Shown one piece after another: positions 9,336 through 23,121 of a DNA stretch of 64,000 bases. Both the position numbers and the translations under genes were made by a program. Numbering within the stretch: the first letter of the stretch is position 1; each line of letters opens with the position of its first letter. Source of the stretch: Asterias rubens (lineage: Eukaryota); NCBI RefSeq assembly GCF_902459465.1, contig NC_047071.1:7626001-7690000 (forward strand), in the 5' to 3' direction. The notes beneath the pieces were generated by a model, which did not search any database, was not told the origin of the DNA, and saw nothing but the letters and a program-made list of their open reading frames with translations.

Positions 9336-11460
9336 TTTAGGTGTTCGTGCATGTCAGCACGAACACCTATTGTTTTTGTTCCGTTTTTTTTTCTTCTCCA
9401 TCTTCTTCTTCTTCTTCACCATCAACTCTTCTCTACAGCATAACTCAAGATTCAAGCCAAACTGAACCTTGAAACTCATCAGACAATTGAACCTCAGTAC
9501 GAAGAGACGGCACAGTTTTCATTACGTCATGATGACGTCATTAGGTGTCAAATTACAAGGTTTTTAAAGTTGAAAAGGGACCATTTTCGTTTTGCTGTAT
9601 CTCAACGAATATGAAAGCTATGATGTTCAAAGTTTTCGCATCTGATAGACCAAGACTGGGGCAACATTTAAAAAGTTAATGCCAAAATCGTACGACCTTA
9701 GCATCCGGGTCGTTACCCTGGGTCGAAGTTCACCTTCGGGTTTTTTTCGTCAAAAAACAACTTTCGAGCTTTTCTACGGAATAACTCAAGATTGAGATTG
9801 AATGGAATGTTGAAACTCAACAGGTAGTTGAACCTCAGTATCAAGACAACACATATTTAATTACGTCATTATGACGTCATCGGGAATTGAATTACGTTAG
9901 ATCAAAGTTTAATATTTGTAAAAATCATAACTCAAAAACTATGATTCGGATTTTGACAATCTACACATCATCGGATAGATCATTAAAAGTTGGACAAATG
10001 TTTCACAGAACACGTAAAATATTTTTAATACTTCTAGTGCAAAACGAAAGTTGAAAATTTCATAAAATCTTATCGTATTCATGTTTTTAAAACTACTGAT
10101 CATTTCAACGTAATTTTTGTTTCAGATTGTAAAACAGCAATCCCGCTCAATCTTTTGCACAGAAATAACAAAATTTGGACCTTTACATCAGTCGAAAAGG
10201 GACGTCAAAGCACCTGTTGACCCACGCGTTTACCCCATTTTGATCAACAACGCACGCTATGTACGCTATGCAGTGCAAGCGCCGAGTTTTTTGGGGGGAA
10301 TTCCCAAAAGTGCTCTCTTTAGTCCAGCGAAAGAGGGCGCTGTAACGTTTTTAGTAACATCGAGCGCTGAGTGAATCGCGGTGAATCGCAATAGTTGAGT
10401 AATAATGAACAACGTCTCGCACCAAAACTACAAGTAGGAATACATTTGCATTGATGTTATAAGATACATTATACACCTTCAGATAGTCCATCACATAATT
10501 ATAAAATGTTTACAAGTCATACATCAGCTGAAAGGTTTTAATGAACTAGTCAGGATCTACACAAATGAAATCAGTTTAAACTTGGCTTCTTGTTCAAACG
10601 TACCAGAGGTTGAAAATAATTGGTCAAAGAAAAATAATTTCACAACCACACATTTGATTTTTTATATATTTATACGTCATTGGGTAGGTATGTAACAACT
10701 TAAGAAACGATACACAACATTGACTATTAAACCTTGACCTCCAGTTAAACAGGAAGATGCAGTTAATTATTTGAAAAAATATTACTCCAGAACCAGAAAT
10801 TAGTTGTTTATTATCTGAACGTCGTAAGATAAGGCTTTGAAAAATATTTACTAACGCTATAATTTGTGACCTGAAAAAATTGTCTTCCGGTTCAAACCGG
10901 ATGTTTAAATTTTATATTTGAAAAAAATCATAACATCTGAACCATACATTGGATTTTTTCAATCTATGCATCATCTGAAAGGTCTTAATAGACTTATCAC
11001 GTGCTATACAATATGCGACCCTGTTTGACCTTGACTTCCAGTTAAAGTTGGAAATTGATATATAATGTTTGAAAAATAAAAAAAAACCTAAACCACATGA
11101 TTTGATTTTTATCATCTATACGTCAAAAGAAAGAACTCAAAAGACATCACCAACGCTACCAAGTGCGACCTCATTTGACAGTACTTTCCGGTTCAAAACG
11201 GAAGTTGAAACTTTATATTTAAAAAATCATAACTTCTAAACCAAATATTGGATTTTTACAACCCATCCATCATTTAAAAAGTCTTAATAAACTTATCACG
11301 CGCTACATAAAAAGTAACCCCTATTTGACCTTTTATCCGATGCAAACCGGAAGTTGGTGTTTAATTTGTAAAAAAATCATAACTCCTTAACCAGTCATTG
11401 GATTGATGAGGTAAAATGTTGTCACCAATTCATTCACTCACTCACCACGAACACCTTGTT
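9336..11460 (+). mobile_element. Helentron-like non-autonomous element (HINE/DINE-1 architecture)
   Basis: T-run, then palindrome AGGTGTTCGTGC-6nt-GCACGAACACCT (9339-9368), (CTT)n tract, internal ~150-bp tandem units, (TCAC)n, and a 3' subTIR CACGAACACCT at 11446-11456 followed by T-run. Confidence 0.65.
10625..11400 (+). repeat. Degenerate ~148-150-bp tandem array (about 6 units) inside the HINE-like element
   Basis: AAAAATCATAAC-like anchors near 10630, 10773, 10923, 11071, 11222 and 11372. Confidence 0.7.
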
Positions 11461-11734
11461 TTTGTAGTAAACAAAAACTGTACATGTACCTCTATAGTTT
11501 TTTTTTTTTTTGTTTTTTTTTTACAAATACCGCGCAACATGAAGGCCTTTTACATTTTCCCGGAATTTACATTCCTCTCCCATAAAAGCGTCGACCAGAC
11601 CTAGCTGATGGGCTTGATTGCCTCACTGCCTGATGAACATCATCACGATTGATGACGAGGGGTTCAACATAAATCACAATGGTTGACTTTAGAAATCCAG
11701 GAACCAGCGGATTATTGTCATGCATACAGCGCCC

Positions 11735-11858
11735 TTTTCGAAACCACGGCTTGGCCCCGCGGTTGTTTTGAAAATTGCACGTGATTTGCGTATACGCGCT
11801 CTGAAGCTGATGTGGAGCCTGAAGCCGAAATCCAAAGCCGAAGCCGTGGTTTCGAAAA
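11735..11858. mobile_element. Small MITE with 18-bp TIRs, probably Harbinger-type
   Basis: TTTTCGAAACCACGGCTT and AAGCCGTGGTTTCGAAAA. Confidence 0.75.
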
Positions 11859-13159
11859 AGACCTTTTAGTTTCTGTATTTCTGAGCATGCGCACATAACT
11901 AAAAGCGATGGGCTTACCTCGTGAGTCTGCTGCCATCTGTAGTGTTACCCAAAGGTCTCACATTATGAAAAAAAAATATGTTCATTGCATTTTCCTAGTT
12001 TTTGTTAAAATATATGTGATCAATAATATTGAGTCAAGGATTGTAGACGTCCCCATACATGTAGAAATAACAAAACATTTTGTATCGTCTCAGAGACAAT
12101 GTTTGTTCTAACTTGACAGTTTAAAACTGATCCACGTAAAGTAAATAATACACATAGGATAAAGTCACAAAGTGCACGGAGAGACAACGTTTGAGTATTA
12201 CTGATACTGACGTGGTGACGTCACATACAGACGGCAGAAGCTCGGCTGTTTATACATGCAAATAATAACATTCAAATATTAGTGTCAGAAAAATTGGTAG
12301 TTCTTGTCAGCAGTGAGATGATTGCTTAATCGCGTCAGACTGACGACCTGATTACGGGAACGTCAAAACATGGCTGGTTATATTAGCGCGGCCGTATGGA
12401 CAGTATTTGATTCCTGTTTACACAGGCATGCGTTAGCGTTTGACCCATGCGGTCCTAGCTAAGGCGGCCCCCTTCAGATGTGCAGAGACCAGGGGTTTAT
12501 TAGTTTGGATTTCGCGGCTTTTCGCGCCAATTGTGCACTGCTTTGTAAACAGCCCAGGGGTTGCGTGGCGAGGGGACCGTACTCCGCTTAGACCATGCTG
12601 CCTCGGGGTGATGTCGAACGCGCTATTAATCATGGCACTTTCATTGCTTTTTTGTTTGAATGATTGCCGTCCCGTCTTCTACTCTAAACTGTTCAGTGAC
12701 TGTGTGGATCCCGTCATGTTGTCAGCCTATCCCCGCTTATGTATACATAAGACCAAGTTTCACTTTTAAGAGACAATACAGAATTATAAGAACAATATTT
12801 GACGAGTCTTTGGTGTTCTTGTCGTACATCTAGCTTCATGAAGCATAATAATAATATTGTAATTGTTGCTTTTCGCGTTTGTTAGTGAGTGTGGCATTTG
12901 TTGCAGTGCGCGTAGTTTATGTGTTTAGCGTGACTAACAAAACACTCGGTGTTGGTGTATTAGTAGTACTTATTAATCATTGATAAAGAAGACCAATAGG
13001 GCCTACCAATAATTACAAACAATCACAATAATGCACACTTCAATTCTAATGATTCGTAATAGACAAAGTGGTTTTCACTCGTTTTTCTTGCACTTTTCTG
13101 AGTCTCTCCTTTACTGGCATCATATCTAAAGAGTGGGCAAGAACTAAAACGAAAACGAT

Positions 13160-13234
13160 AAAAATGCACGCCCTCGATTGGTTGAATACGGAATACAGCC
13201 AAGCTTATTCAACCAATTGAGGGCGTGCATTTTT
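13160..13234. repeat. 29-bp inverted repeat with 17-nt loop (hairpin)
   Basis: AAAAATGCACGCCCTCGATTGGTTGAATA and TATTCAACCAATTGAGGGCGTGCATTTTT, one G:T pair. Confidence 0.9.
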
Positions 13235-14816
13235 AGCATTGTAGTTTTCGTTCTCGTTATCGGGGCCTGTCTGTGTACGAGTCAATTCCTTGGATACAGC
13301 GGACCAATCTATGTTTTAAACAATTCAGTGGGTGAACGACCTTGCCCTGACTACTCAAACTTTAGATTGAGTTTATCAAGCGTCCTCTCACAGAAAAAGT
13401 GGGGTTTTAAACTAAATTCATAGCCAGAGTATTAAAAGTGTACTCGGAGTCAAAACTATTGTATTTGTATTTCTAAAGAATGTTATTGTGTTCTTTTCAC
13501 AAAAGTTGAACAAACTATAGCGATTTTCTTTAACATTCATAACTTTTTTGAACGCTGAGATTTACCGATATATTTTCTTGAATGTTGTTAAGCATTGTTT
13601 GATTATTTACCCTTCATCCTTTATTATTTCGATAATGTTTGGGTGATCATTTGTGTTACCATCTTTTGATGCTTTCTGTATGTAATAAATGGTTAAAGGT
13701 CATTCTCTTTTGTATTTGTATGGATTTTTAAATCATGTTACCGGTGTATGCATCCTTGATTTGGGCTAGTCGGCCGCCATGTTTGCTTTTTAATACATAT
13801 AATATATATAATATCGTTTCTAATAGCCATTTTTAAGTGACAACAGCGCCCTCTATAAAGCAAATCGTTTGCTACAACCACTTCTCAATTGGTGGTTTCG
13901 GCTGTTGCTACGGCTAGATCACACAAAGACCTTTTTCTTCAAATCACATCTGGAGCCTACGGCAAATTACCATTTCTAAAGTTGCTGTATTTGGACACAA
14001 CTTCAAACTGTTGTAAATAGGCAAACTGTTCGTACTTAAACATACTCAATCTTGTCTGCAACTGTCAACGACCGACACAAATTGAAAGGAGTAAGCACGT
14101 CCTAACCAACAGAAAAGGTTTCAGAACTTACCACTGTCAAGCTAGAAGTGTTTTCCTGCCAAAAGTAGGACTATCTAACGTCTGTAAAATTGACGTCTCT
14201 TGATCACAGTAATGCGTTTGATAAATTAATAATAAATCTTATTTCAAAGGTTTTTTTCCATACGACATCAAGAGAGTGAAAGGAAGTCGCCAGTAGGCCT
14301 GTTTCGTTATATTGACACTCTCAAGCCGCTGGCTGAAAACTATAAAATAATGGATGGTTTTTTCTTCATGTTTTCTTGCCTAACAATACGTTGCCAAGGA
14401 AATACAACATTGTGTGGCAGGTATTTTCTACAGTGAGCCGGGGCTGTGCGGCTGATGTTGCTATACTTCACGGGTGAATGCTCACCCAGGGCAAGTGGTT
14501 AGACGGATCTGTGATAGGTGGTGGTAGCAGGGCGCCAATCCTGTCTATATTAATACAAAAGAGCCACTGACAGCACTGTTGAAGTTTTCAAGCTGACAAA
14601 AGCCTTTGGCAAATCTTCAAGATTTCTCTCTCAAATCGTTTTGATCATCTTTTTGTTTTCGTTTAGTTCAGAGAGTCTTTTATGGCAATCTCATGCGTCA
14701 ATGAATCCCAACATTAATCAGGAGACAGTTGAAGATCGTAAAAGGAAACAAGAAAAACGCACCAGGATGCGCTTCTGGGAAATAACAATCTCTTCTTTTT
14801 AAAGTGCAGTTATTAT

Positions 14817-15198
14817 TGAAGACAGTATGGACACTATTGGTAATAACTCAAATTAATTATTGACATAAAACCTTTTTTGGTGACGAGTAATGGGGAGAGG
14901 TTGAAAAACATTGTGAGAAACGGCTCCCTCTGAAGTGCCATAGTTTTCGAGAAAGAAGTAATTTTCCACGAATTTGATTTCGAGACCTCAGATTTAGAAC
15001 TTGAGGTCTCGAAATCAAGCATCTGATCAACGCACACAAATTTGTGTGACATGGGTGTTTTTTTCTTTCATTATTATCTCGCAAGTTCGATGATCGATTG
15101 AGGTCAAATTTTCACAGGTTTGTTATTTTATGTATTTGAGATACACCAACGGTGAAGGCTTGTCTTTTACAAATACCAATAGTGTCCATTGCCTTTAA
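14817..15198 (-). mobile_element. Family A MITE
   Basis: Both TIRs, central GATTTCGAGACCTCA hairpin, ends GTGTCCATTGCCT-TTAA. Confidence 0.9.
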
Positions 15199-15687
15199 GA
15201 AATGTGGAATTTTTTCAAGTATAGACATTATACAAGGGCTGACTTGGTTGCATTCTTCTCGGTCATGTCAATGTGATTCAAACCGAGGCGGGAATGACAA
15301 AGAGGACGTACCCACAATAAATTATTCCGGTAGGATTCGAACCCATGACCAACCATTCTTGTTCCAAATCCATGGCTCCTCTGAATTCTACTATTGATAA
15401 ATGTGAAAAAGACCAGTGATGGGGAATCACTTACTTCATTAAAACTCTAATAAGTAAACTTGTTGGGTCAAAGTAAAAGAAAAACACTTATCACTGCTTA
15501 TTGATGCAATCAAAATACACCAAAATATGAACATGGCAAAGTGGCTATTAAAGGCTTACTATACAGCATTCCAGTTTGTTCGTCTGGTACGTTTAACAAA
15601 CGTAGTGTTTATTGGTGTACTTTCCCCCTTAGCCGCAATTTGAATGCTCGAGCTTTTGAATAAAGACATTATAATGTTATCAACACT

Positions 15688-16005
15688 GAATGGACACTAT
15701 TGGTAATTACTCAAAATAATTGTTAGCTTAAAAACTTGCTTGGTAACGAGAAATTGAGAACTGCTGATAATAAACAATATTATGAGAAACGGCTCCCTCT
15801 GAAGAACGTAGTTTTTGAGAAAGATGTAATTTCACACTCAATTAATATACTTCAGGCCTGAAGCCTTTTATTATGCATCTTATAACACACAAATTAGTGC
15901 AACAAGGGAGTTTTTTTTAAATGCATTATTCTCTTGCAACTTCGATGACCAATTGAGTAAAAATGTTCACAGCTTTGACATACCAAAGGTGTCCAGAGCC
16001 TTTAA
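15688..16005 (-). mobile_element. Diverged family A/C MITE
   Basis: TGGACACTATTGGTAATTACTC ... GGTGTCCAGAGCCT-TTAA. Confidence 0.75.
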
Positions 16006-16014
16006 CAACTTTAC

Positions 16015-16142
16015 GAGAGCGGGGCTTGAACCTGCGACGAAGATATTGACAAAATAGAGAGACCGCTAACCAAGCTCTGATGGTTCAGTTGGTAGAGCGC
16101 TGGCATGTAAATTTGCAGGTCGCAGGTTAAAATCTCGCTCTC
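16015..16142. mobile_element. tRNA-derived SINE-like remnant with inverted B-box ends
   Basis: A-box TGGTTCAGTTGGTAGAGC at 16081. GTCGCAGGTTAAAATCTCGCTCTC (16119-16142) is inverted to GAGAGCGGGGCTTGAACCTGCGAC (16015-16038). Confidence 0.6.
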
Positions 16143-19100
16143 ATTAATGTTCGTAGTTCAGTCAGAAGTATGCTCATTTATTCACAATTATTTTCAAAGT
16201 CTATTTTGTTTATTAATTGCATATATGTGTCTATGAACTATCATCATCTACCGTGCATTCAAGGAGCTACGTTGTATACGCGTGACATTCGTGCTTTTCC
16301 CTTTTTGTGCACTGAAACTTTGATTTAAAAAGTGGCAATCTTTTTGCAAATACAATTTGATAACCCCCAGTAATTGCACGTAAATGGTTTCCCCTATTGT
16401 CTCCGAAGTAACGTGCAGCCTTATTAGTGTGTTACAATAATTGTTCTGATTGAGTGTTAATGCTCGTTCCTATAGCTGCTCGTTGAACGAACCATTCCCG
16501 CCGTGTAAGCCGCTGAAGCTCACGCTCCCCTAACCCGAGGGTAGCTGCACTTTATCCACAGCTCCACGTAGACCATACATAACGGGATTTACATCATGTA
16601 AAATAGCCAAACATCATGTAAGTCTGATTCAATTATTGTTCATTTCGTTACGCTCAGTAAGCACATTTTCCCGAGTCAACCCTGGACAGGTACTGAGTAA
16701 TAGTTATGCACACTGCTTGTAATGCGCTCATAAAATTACTTTTACAAAATCTTCTGGAATCCTTTTAACCTGCCAATAGGCATTCCTTTCATCTTAAAGG
16801 TTTTTAAACCAGCGTTGGGTATGATTAGTGATGTTCGTAAACCAGCTATGCACCACTTTATAACAGTTGGTAATAACAGTGAGTTATGATGGCAAATAAT
16901 AGGGTCAACGATGACGTAGTTTCCAAAGAAACTGCATACAAAAAAACCCATAAGGAACATGTTATTTCCAGTTACACATCTTTTGACAACTATTTTGATA
17001 TGAAACAATATTCATGTAGTCATATTGGTTTTTACTGTGCTAGGCTTCGCATCTAGGCCTAAATGCCCAAATCATTCAATATGAAAGTTATCCTCAAATG
17101 GGCCATACAAAGAAGTTCATCCACTCCTATCGATACAAATATTGCGGGGTGACATAACGAGTTGAGCTAAGGTTAATATAGATTTAGGTCACGAAAAGAT
17201 CATTTTAAAATGTCTAGGTTTAGCTGCATGCTTTGATCTCTTATATTATCACTTGACATACTTGAAGTTTGGCAATTTTTTTCACTTTGGCACTGGCCCG
17301 TATGGAAGGAAACTCAAAATGCTACAGCATTTATATATATTTCTTAATATATATCTTTTTTTTTCACTTTTCCTGAAGGATTTTTTGTAACCGCTTTGTT
17401 AACGCTTTTATCAGACCAAATATAAATTCTGAAAACCCCAAAAATGTCAGCAATCATTGGCAGTATACGGGGAATAAAAGAGAATATGAAGGATCCTAAC
17501 ACTGTCAATAACTCTGTACACAACTCGCTCAATTCTTAAGATCTTGTTTCAGAACCAGCCTCTCTCTCTATACAAGAAGCAACATCAGGTAGAAGTCATC
17601 AACAGTGTCTTCCAAACGCGATGTAACACAAGTATTACAATCCTCAAACCATTTGTGCCTTTTCTTATCTCGAGGGCTGCATATTAGTTGTTGTGTTTCT
17701 GTACCAATGCACTTCCTCCACTGACTTTTATGTCCTCTAGCAATGTAACAGAATTGGTTGCACCCGTCAGCTCGGCTCACATCAATGTGTGCTTTCCGTA
17801 GTTCCATTTAATTTCCCGATTCCTATTAACTTGCCGTGCAATAAACCATGTTTCTCAGCGGGGTCTGGCCAAACAAATACAGCGAATCTCCTGCACTGAT
17901 CTGTCGGTGTTTTCTCGGCTGAGAAAGAAGCGCCAGTTATTGCTGCACACGGAAAAAGAAAAAAAAGTCTCCAGAATTTGTTTTACAATAAGAGAAATTC
18001 ACCGCTAAATTTGATTTGGGGCTTGCAGTATAAATAGAAGAAACGTCTGCACCTCGACTGTTGGACAGAGTGGCGGCTGTGAGGATGTATTGAGTATAAG
18101 AGAAGAAAATTGTTCTCGTCATCTTAAAAATGAAGATGATGTTGATTGGTTGTGTCAGAAATGAACAAATTAGAAGTCAGCAACTTACGGTATTAATAAG
18201 GCGCCACTTCAACAAATAACTTCACTCTGAAATAAATTAACACACTGGAAAATTCATCTGTATAGTCCGAATGCAATTTCCTTAAACATTGCACGAAATT
18301 CATTCCCAAATGAATGTAATAAGTGCACTGTGTTTCCTTGAGAACGTGAGAGTCTTTGAATTTTCTCGTTGGTAAAATCACACTGCTTTGAACATCAACT
18401 GCTCGTAACATACATAACCTGTTTCTTATAAAGAAAAGTGTTATTATGAAGTGTTCATTAAAGCAAATGGCTTTGATTTCCTTAACCGAATAAAGTAGAT
18501 TACCACTGTGGTGATGATACTAAGATTAATCACAGTTCGGGCTTGCGGCTGACCCCCAGGAACGAAATAGCGCAACAAAACCGCCGGAAATATTGTCATT
18601 TTTACCAGCTCCAGTGAGTTTCCTGCATGATTTGTAACCGTTCCCGGTCTTCGGGTTATATTAATATCGTTCTGAACGGGGGTTTGGGGGCCGAAAAGAA
18701 GCCGCTTGAACTTTAATATCTTCATTGCCTCTACGGTAGCACTACGGCGAAGTTGCAGCAGCAGCGCGAATATCCAAAGATGCCCCGGGGGCTAAGGAGC
18801 GATCACTCCCGGTAAGGATCACTCTCCAGCCTGCTCGATTTCCTGACGACGAGGAGTTTGCGGGATAAGATAAGTATCTCTGTATTGTTACTTATCCCTA
18901 TTTTTAATCTAGCGGACTATAGTGGGAAATGACGCACCCTGATATACAGCTAACGTATATTTGGGTGGACTCGAGGAATTGAGAAGAATAATTAAATGGA
19001 GACTATTGATAATGAAATAAGCTCATACCGGCATCTGGTTCTCTCCAATGAGTATAAAAATCTGGGGTATTATTTACATAAAGAACAATTTATTGAATTT

Positions 19101-19882
19101 GATGTGCAATGTAGCCTTTTTCAACGCAATCCAATCGATTTGGCCACTCTATAAAAGGACGCACAATGTTAATATTAGATTAAACAAATAAACAAGTAAA
19201 GAGTTGAAGTTCCGATCACACGGAGTCGATTCTATCCACATAGTGGGCGGTTGTTACGAATAAATACGTCATTTATAAGGAAATTGTCAAAAAGTGGTTA
19301 TCGAAATTCGTTCTCCGTCAGCTATTTAATTATTCAAAACACAACGTTGTGTATAGTGTTAATAATACACTTTGAAAAGGACTAACATTTCGTGATCGAT
19401 TGGTTTTGTTCCTAAGGTTGGGGATCTTAAAACTGTTTAAAAAAAAACTAAAAAGAAAACTGTTATCAAGATGGAAACTTACATTACCATTGCAATACAC
19501 TTGGACTTGATTCTCATGAAGTCATTAAAGACCCCTTACATCAAACTTTTTGCTTGAGTATCTATCAATTAAACGGCGTATCTGATATTCTCCTTGATTT
19601 GGAATAACAATGAATTTGAAATAAATGATTATATCTCAAGCAATATTTGAGCTATAAATGTGTCAGGTGCTGTCTTTCATATTATTTACCAGCGACCCAT
19701 CATCTTCCAAATTAGAAGAAAACGATGCTTTGTAATAAATGCATGGGAAGAAAACAATACGACACAAACCTATCTTTCTTTGAAAATGTTTGTGCTATAA
19801 GATGAATGATATTTGGCCACGTGCAATCGAACAAAGTTTACCATCAGTTTCAAGTGATCCACAACAACTTCAAACAAACAAA

Positions 19883-20268
19883 TTAAAGGCAGTGGACACT
19901 TTTGGTAATTGTCAAAGACTAGCCTCCACAGTTGGTGTATCTCAACATATGCATGAAATAACTAACCTATGAAAATTTGAGCTCAATCGGTCATCAAAGT
20001 TGCGAGATAATAATGAAAGAAAAAACATCCTTGTCACACGAAGTTGTGTGCGTTTAGATGGTCGATTTCGAGACCTCTAGTTCTAAATCTGAGGTCTCGA
20101 AATCAAATTCGCGGAAAATTACTTCTTTCTCGAAAACTATGGCACTTCAGAGAGAGCCGTTTCTCACAATGTTTTATACCATCAATCTCTCCCTATTACT
20201 CGTTACCAAGTCAAGTTTTATGCTGATAATTATTTTGAGTAGTTACCAATAGTGTCCACTGCCTTTAA
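19883..20268 (+). mobile_element. Family A MITE, intact, TTAA on both sides
   Basis: TTAA-AGGCAGTGGACAC ... GTGTCCACTGCCT-TTAA. Confidence 0.95.
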
Positions 20269-23121
20269 ACACTCGACAGTATTGTTTATCAACGGGCATG
20301 TTTATTGTCATTTGGTGGAACTAGATATGATCCATAAACATTGATTCTCAAAACTCCTTTTGAAGACTACGAACTATATATACTATATATATTAACCAGT
20401 CAGCACCACATGGCTCATGAAACCTGAGCTGCGAACCGCCTATGCTTTTTGAATGATTACAGAGCGGTAAACTAACAGAATTTAACCAAAACTTCTTTAA
20501 TATCCTTGCCGACGAAACATGCCGTCAGTCGGGCTCTGGTCAACGCCCGATTCCCGCTCCTAAGAAATGAAAGTCCAGACCGAGCTTCTCTAGATTATAT
20601 ACTGTTACATTTTCGCTTTTTATTTCTGCCAGAAAGAGGCGTATAACCTGATCTAACCCGAGATTTAAGCAAATTGGATAAGGACAAAGTGTTTTCTATC
20701 CGCGGCTAAAAGCCTTCCCGCGACCGTGACGTTTGCCCCCGGGTACTATCCTGCGAATCGGTGTATTAGAGTCAACACCATTTTGCTAAGATTGCACTAA
20801 TCGGATCAACTTGGTTCTGGGTTTTGCGGATAAACTTTACCTTATCGATATGAGAGATAATTGAGCAGACACCTCCAACACTGATCGTGTTTCTTCCCAC
20901 TCTCTGTGTGTAACATTCCTCAGATGAACACTACCGCCTTTGTTGATTAGTCACTTGGCGGTTTCAATCCGTCTAAACGATGGAAATCAAATGAATGCTG
21001 TGTCTCTTTTAATATAATTGGTAAATAAATCACATGGTTGAAGTAGAAGAATACTTAATATTACGAACAAGAAACAATTTTCTGAGAGTACAATAACGTT
21101 TCATTATGATAATTGAAAGCATTAATTGACGTTAATAACAGTGTTTGTGAATTATGGCCAATTTAATACCGTTCTTATCGTTCAAAATTTGAATTTAGTA
21201 TTAAATATTTGAACCCAATCCGGGTACCAATGAGTTTTATTTTAAAGCAGATAGAAACATGGTATTTTAAAGGACAGACAATTAACATAAAACTGTGTGA
21301 CTGAAACATTTATTTTCTTTGAATGAAGCATAAAACGCAACTTATAATGTGAAACTATGTGAAAATGGTAATCAAATTATCTCTGACATACAATCGGCGA
21401 TTTTTGAGGACAGTTGATTTCTGTCATTGTTGGGACTTGTTCAGAGCAGACACTGATCACTGACTGTATATTCGGAAGATTCCATCTCTCTTCTCTAAAT
21501 AGTATTTTTTTCATAACTCTTTCACTGATTAGGCCTAACTACTAATTGAAGCTTTTAGTTATCTCATAGACATGACAATATAAAAAACCTGGATTCAATG
21601 CACACCTTTGTGAGAATCATTTTACTCTAAATAATTCCCAAATAATTTAAATGTATCACGCGTTAATTGTGTGTATTTCCCGAAGGGCTGCAGTCTGTCG
21701 AACCAAAGCCTACCGACGGATCGGCAGAATCCACGGCGCTCCTGGCGTGAGACTGATCCACCCCGGAGGTTTTTTTCTAGCGAGACAACTCGACTTGCTT
21801 GCCGAAGCATCAGATTCATTGTAATGCAGGATATGATTAATGAACATGGTTAACAGATTTTGGTTCTTGAAAGTTTCTTATGCTAGATTGCTCGATCCCC
21901 AATATATTGATTCGCTTTTTATGAATAAAAATGAAAAAGCATGTCCTTTTAAGATGTTTGCTTTTTATTCGTTTAACCTTTAAATGTAGTGTCATAGATT
22001 TGTTTAACGTAATGATGATTTATATAGTACATCAAGAAAGATACAATACAAGTCACATATGGAAAGTGCAGCTTAAACAGAGTTGACGTGTTAATGATAA
22101 AACAAAAAGACAACTTTATTTTCACCAAGAATCTTGATTCATCCATGTTTCGAGGTAACAGCGGGTGGGATACCAACCGCATCCCCGTCCCCACTACGGA
22201 ATTCGGAACTCGCACTGAGATCCAAATTGTTGGCATGTTTTAATTGATTTCTAATCAATAAGCCTTTTTGAGGTATAGTGTCCACTGGATGGAGTGCACT
22301 TTTTGATTTGGGTGTATACAGATAAATTTACCCAAACCAAACAGTTTTATAGTAATGTGTCTACTGTATTTCAAAATGGCTTATAGGGGCATTTCAGACA
22401 AAAGGATGCTTAGTACCATTACAACATTTTATATCAAGGAAGCTTGCGGGTAACAAATATACACGCATTTTCTTCTGGTCTAAATCGAAGTATGACCGTA
22501 TTTATACATTATAGGTGTGAAGTGACAGTTGCTTGTAGTTCTGCTTGCGTTAAATGCGGGGACAAAATTAACCATTTGAACCCCCCCCCCCACATTGATC
22601 ACGTGCTAGTGTTAAATTGTTTGTAAGAATTCAAAATGGATGTCATATCCGGCAGCCATCTTGGATTTTGTGTTTTAAGGGGTTCGATTTGAGCGGGTTT
22701 CCAATGGAATTTATTTTCTAACTTTTCGAGCCAATAAAAAACTATTTTATTGTTCTCATTGTGGGTCCCGCCAATTGAAAGAAAGACAAAGTCGAATGGG
22801 GACAAATTATCAATAAATAGATCCCAAATGTTTCAGTGTTTTAGTTGTTATTAATCCGAAAAATTACGTTTTCAATGCTAGCGGTTGGGGGATGGGATTT
22901 GTTTAACTCCGTAAGACCTATATAGCATGCAATTACAATGTACTGACATACTAAAGATAACAATAAGAGTTATTAAATACATGACTGAGAAGAGCAGCGA
23001 TCGAAAGAGACCAGGTATACAGTGGCGGCAACTCCAGGAGTGCGCCCCCATTACAACCTGAGGACGAGGCGGCAACGGACGCAAGTCTATGCCGAATGAT
23101 GATGATGAAATACATATATTC

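Noticed and set aside
11567-11936. Overlapping minus-strand ORFs of 109 and 72 aa
   Set aside because: They run through the small MITE at 11735-11858 and have no recognisable homology.
17568-17807. Cys-rich 79-aa ORF with faint THAP resemblance (ADGCN...W...ICS)
   Set aside because: The first Cys and the His are missing, spacing is too short, and there is no AVPTIF motif or splice support.
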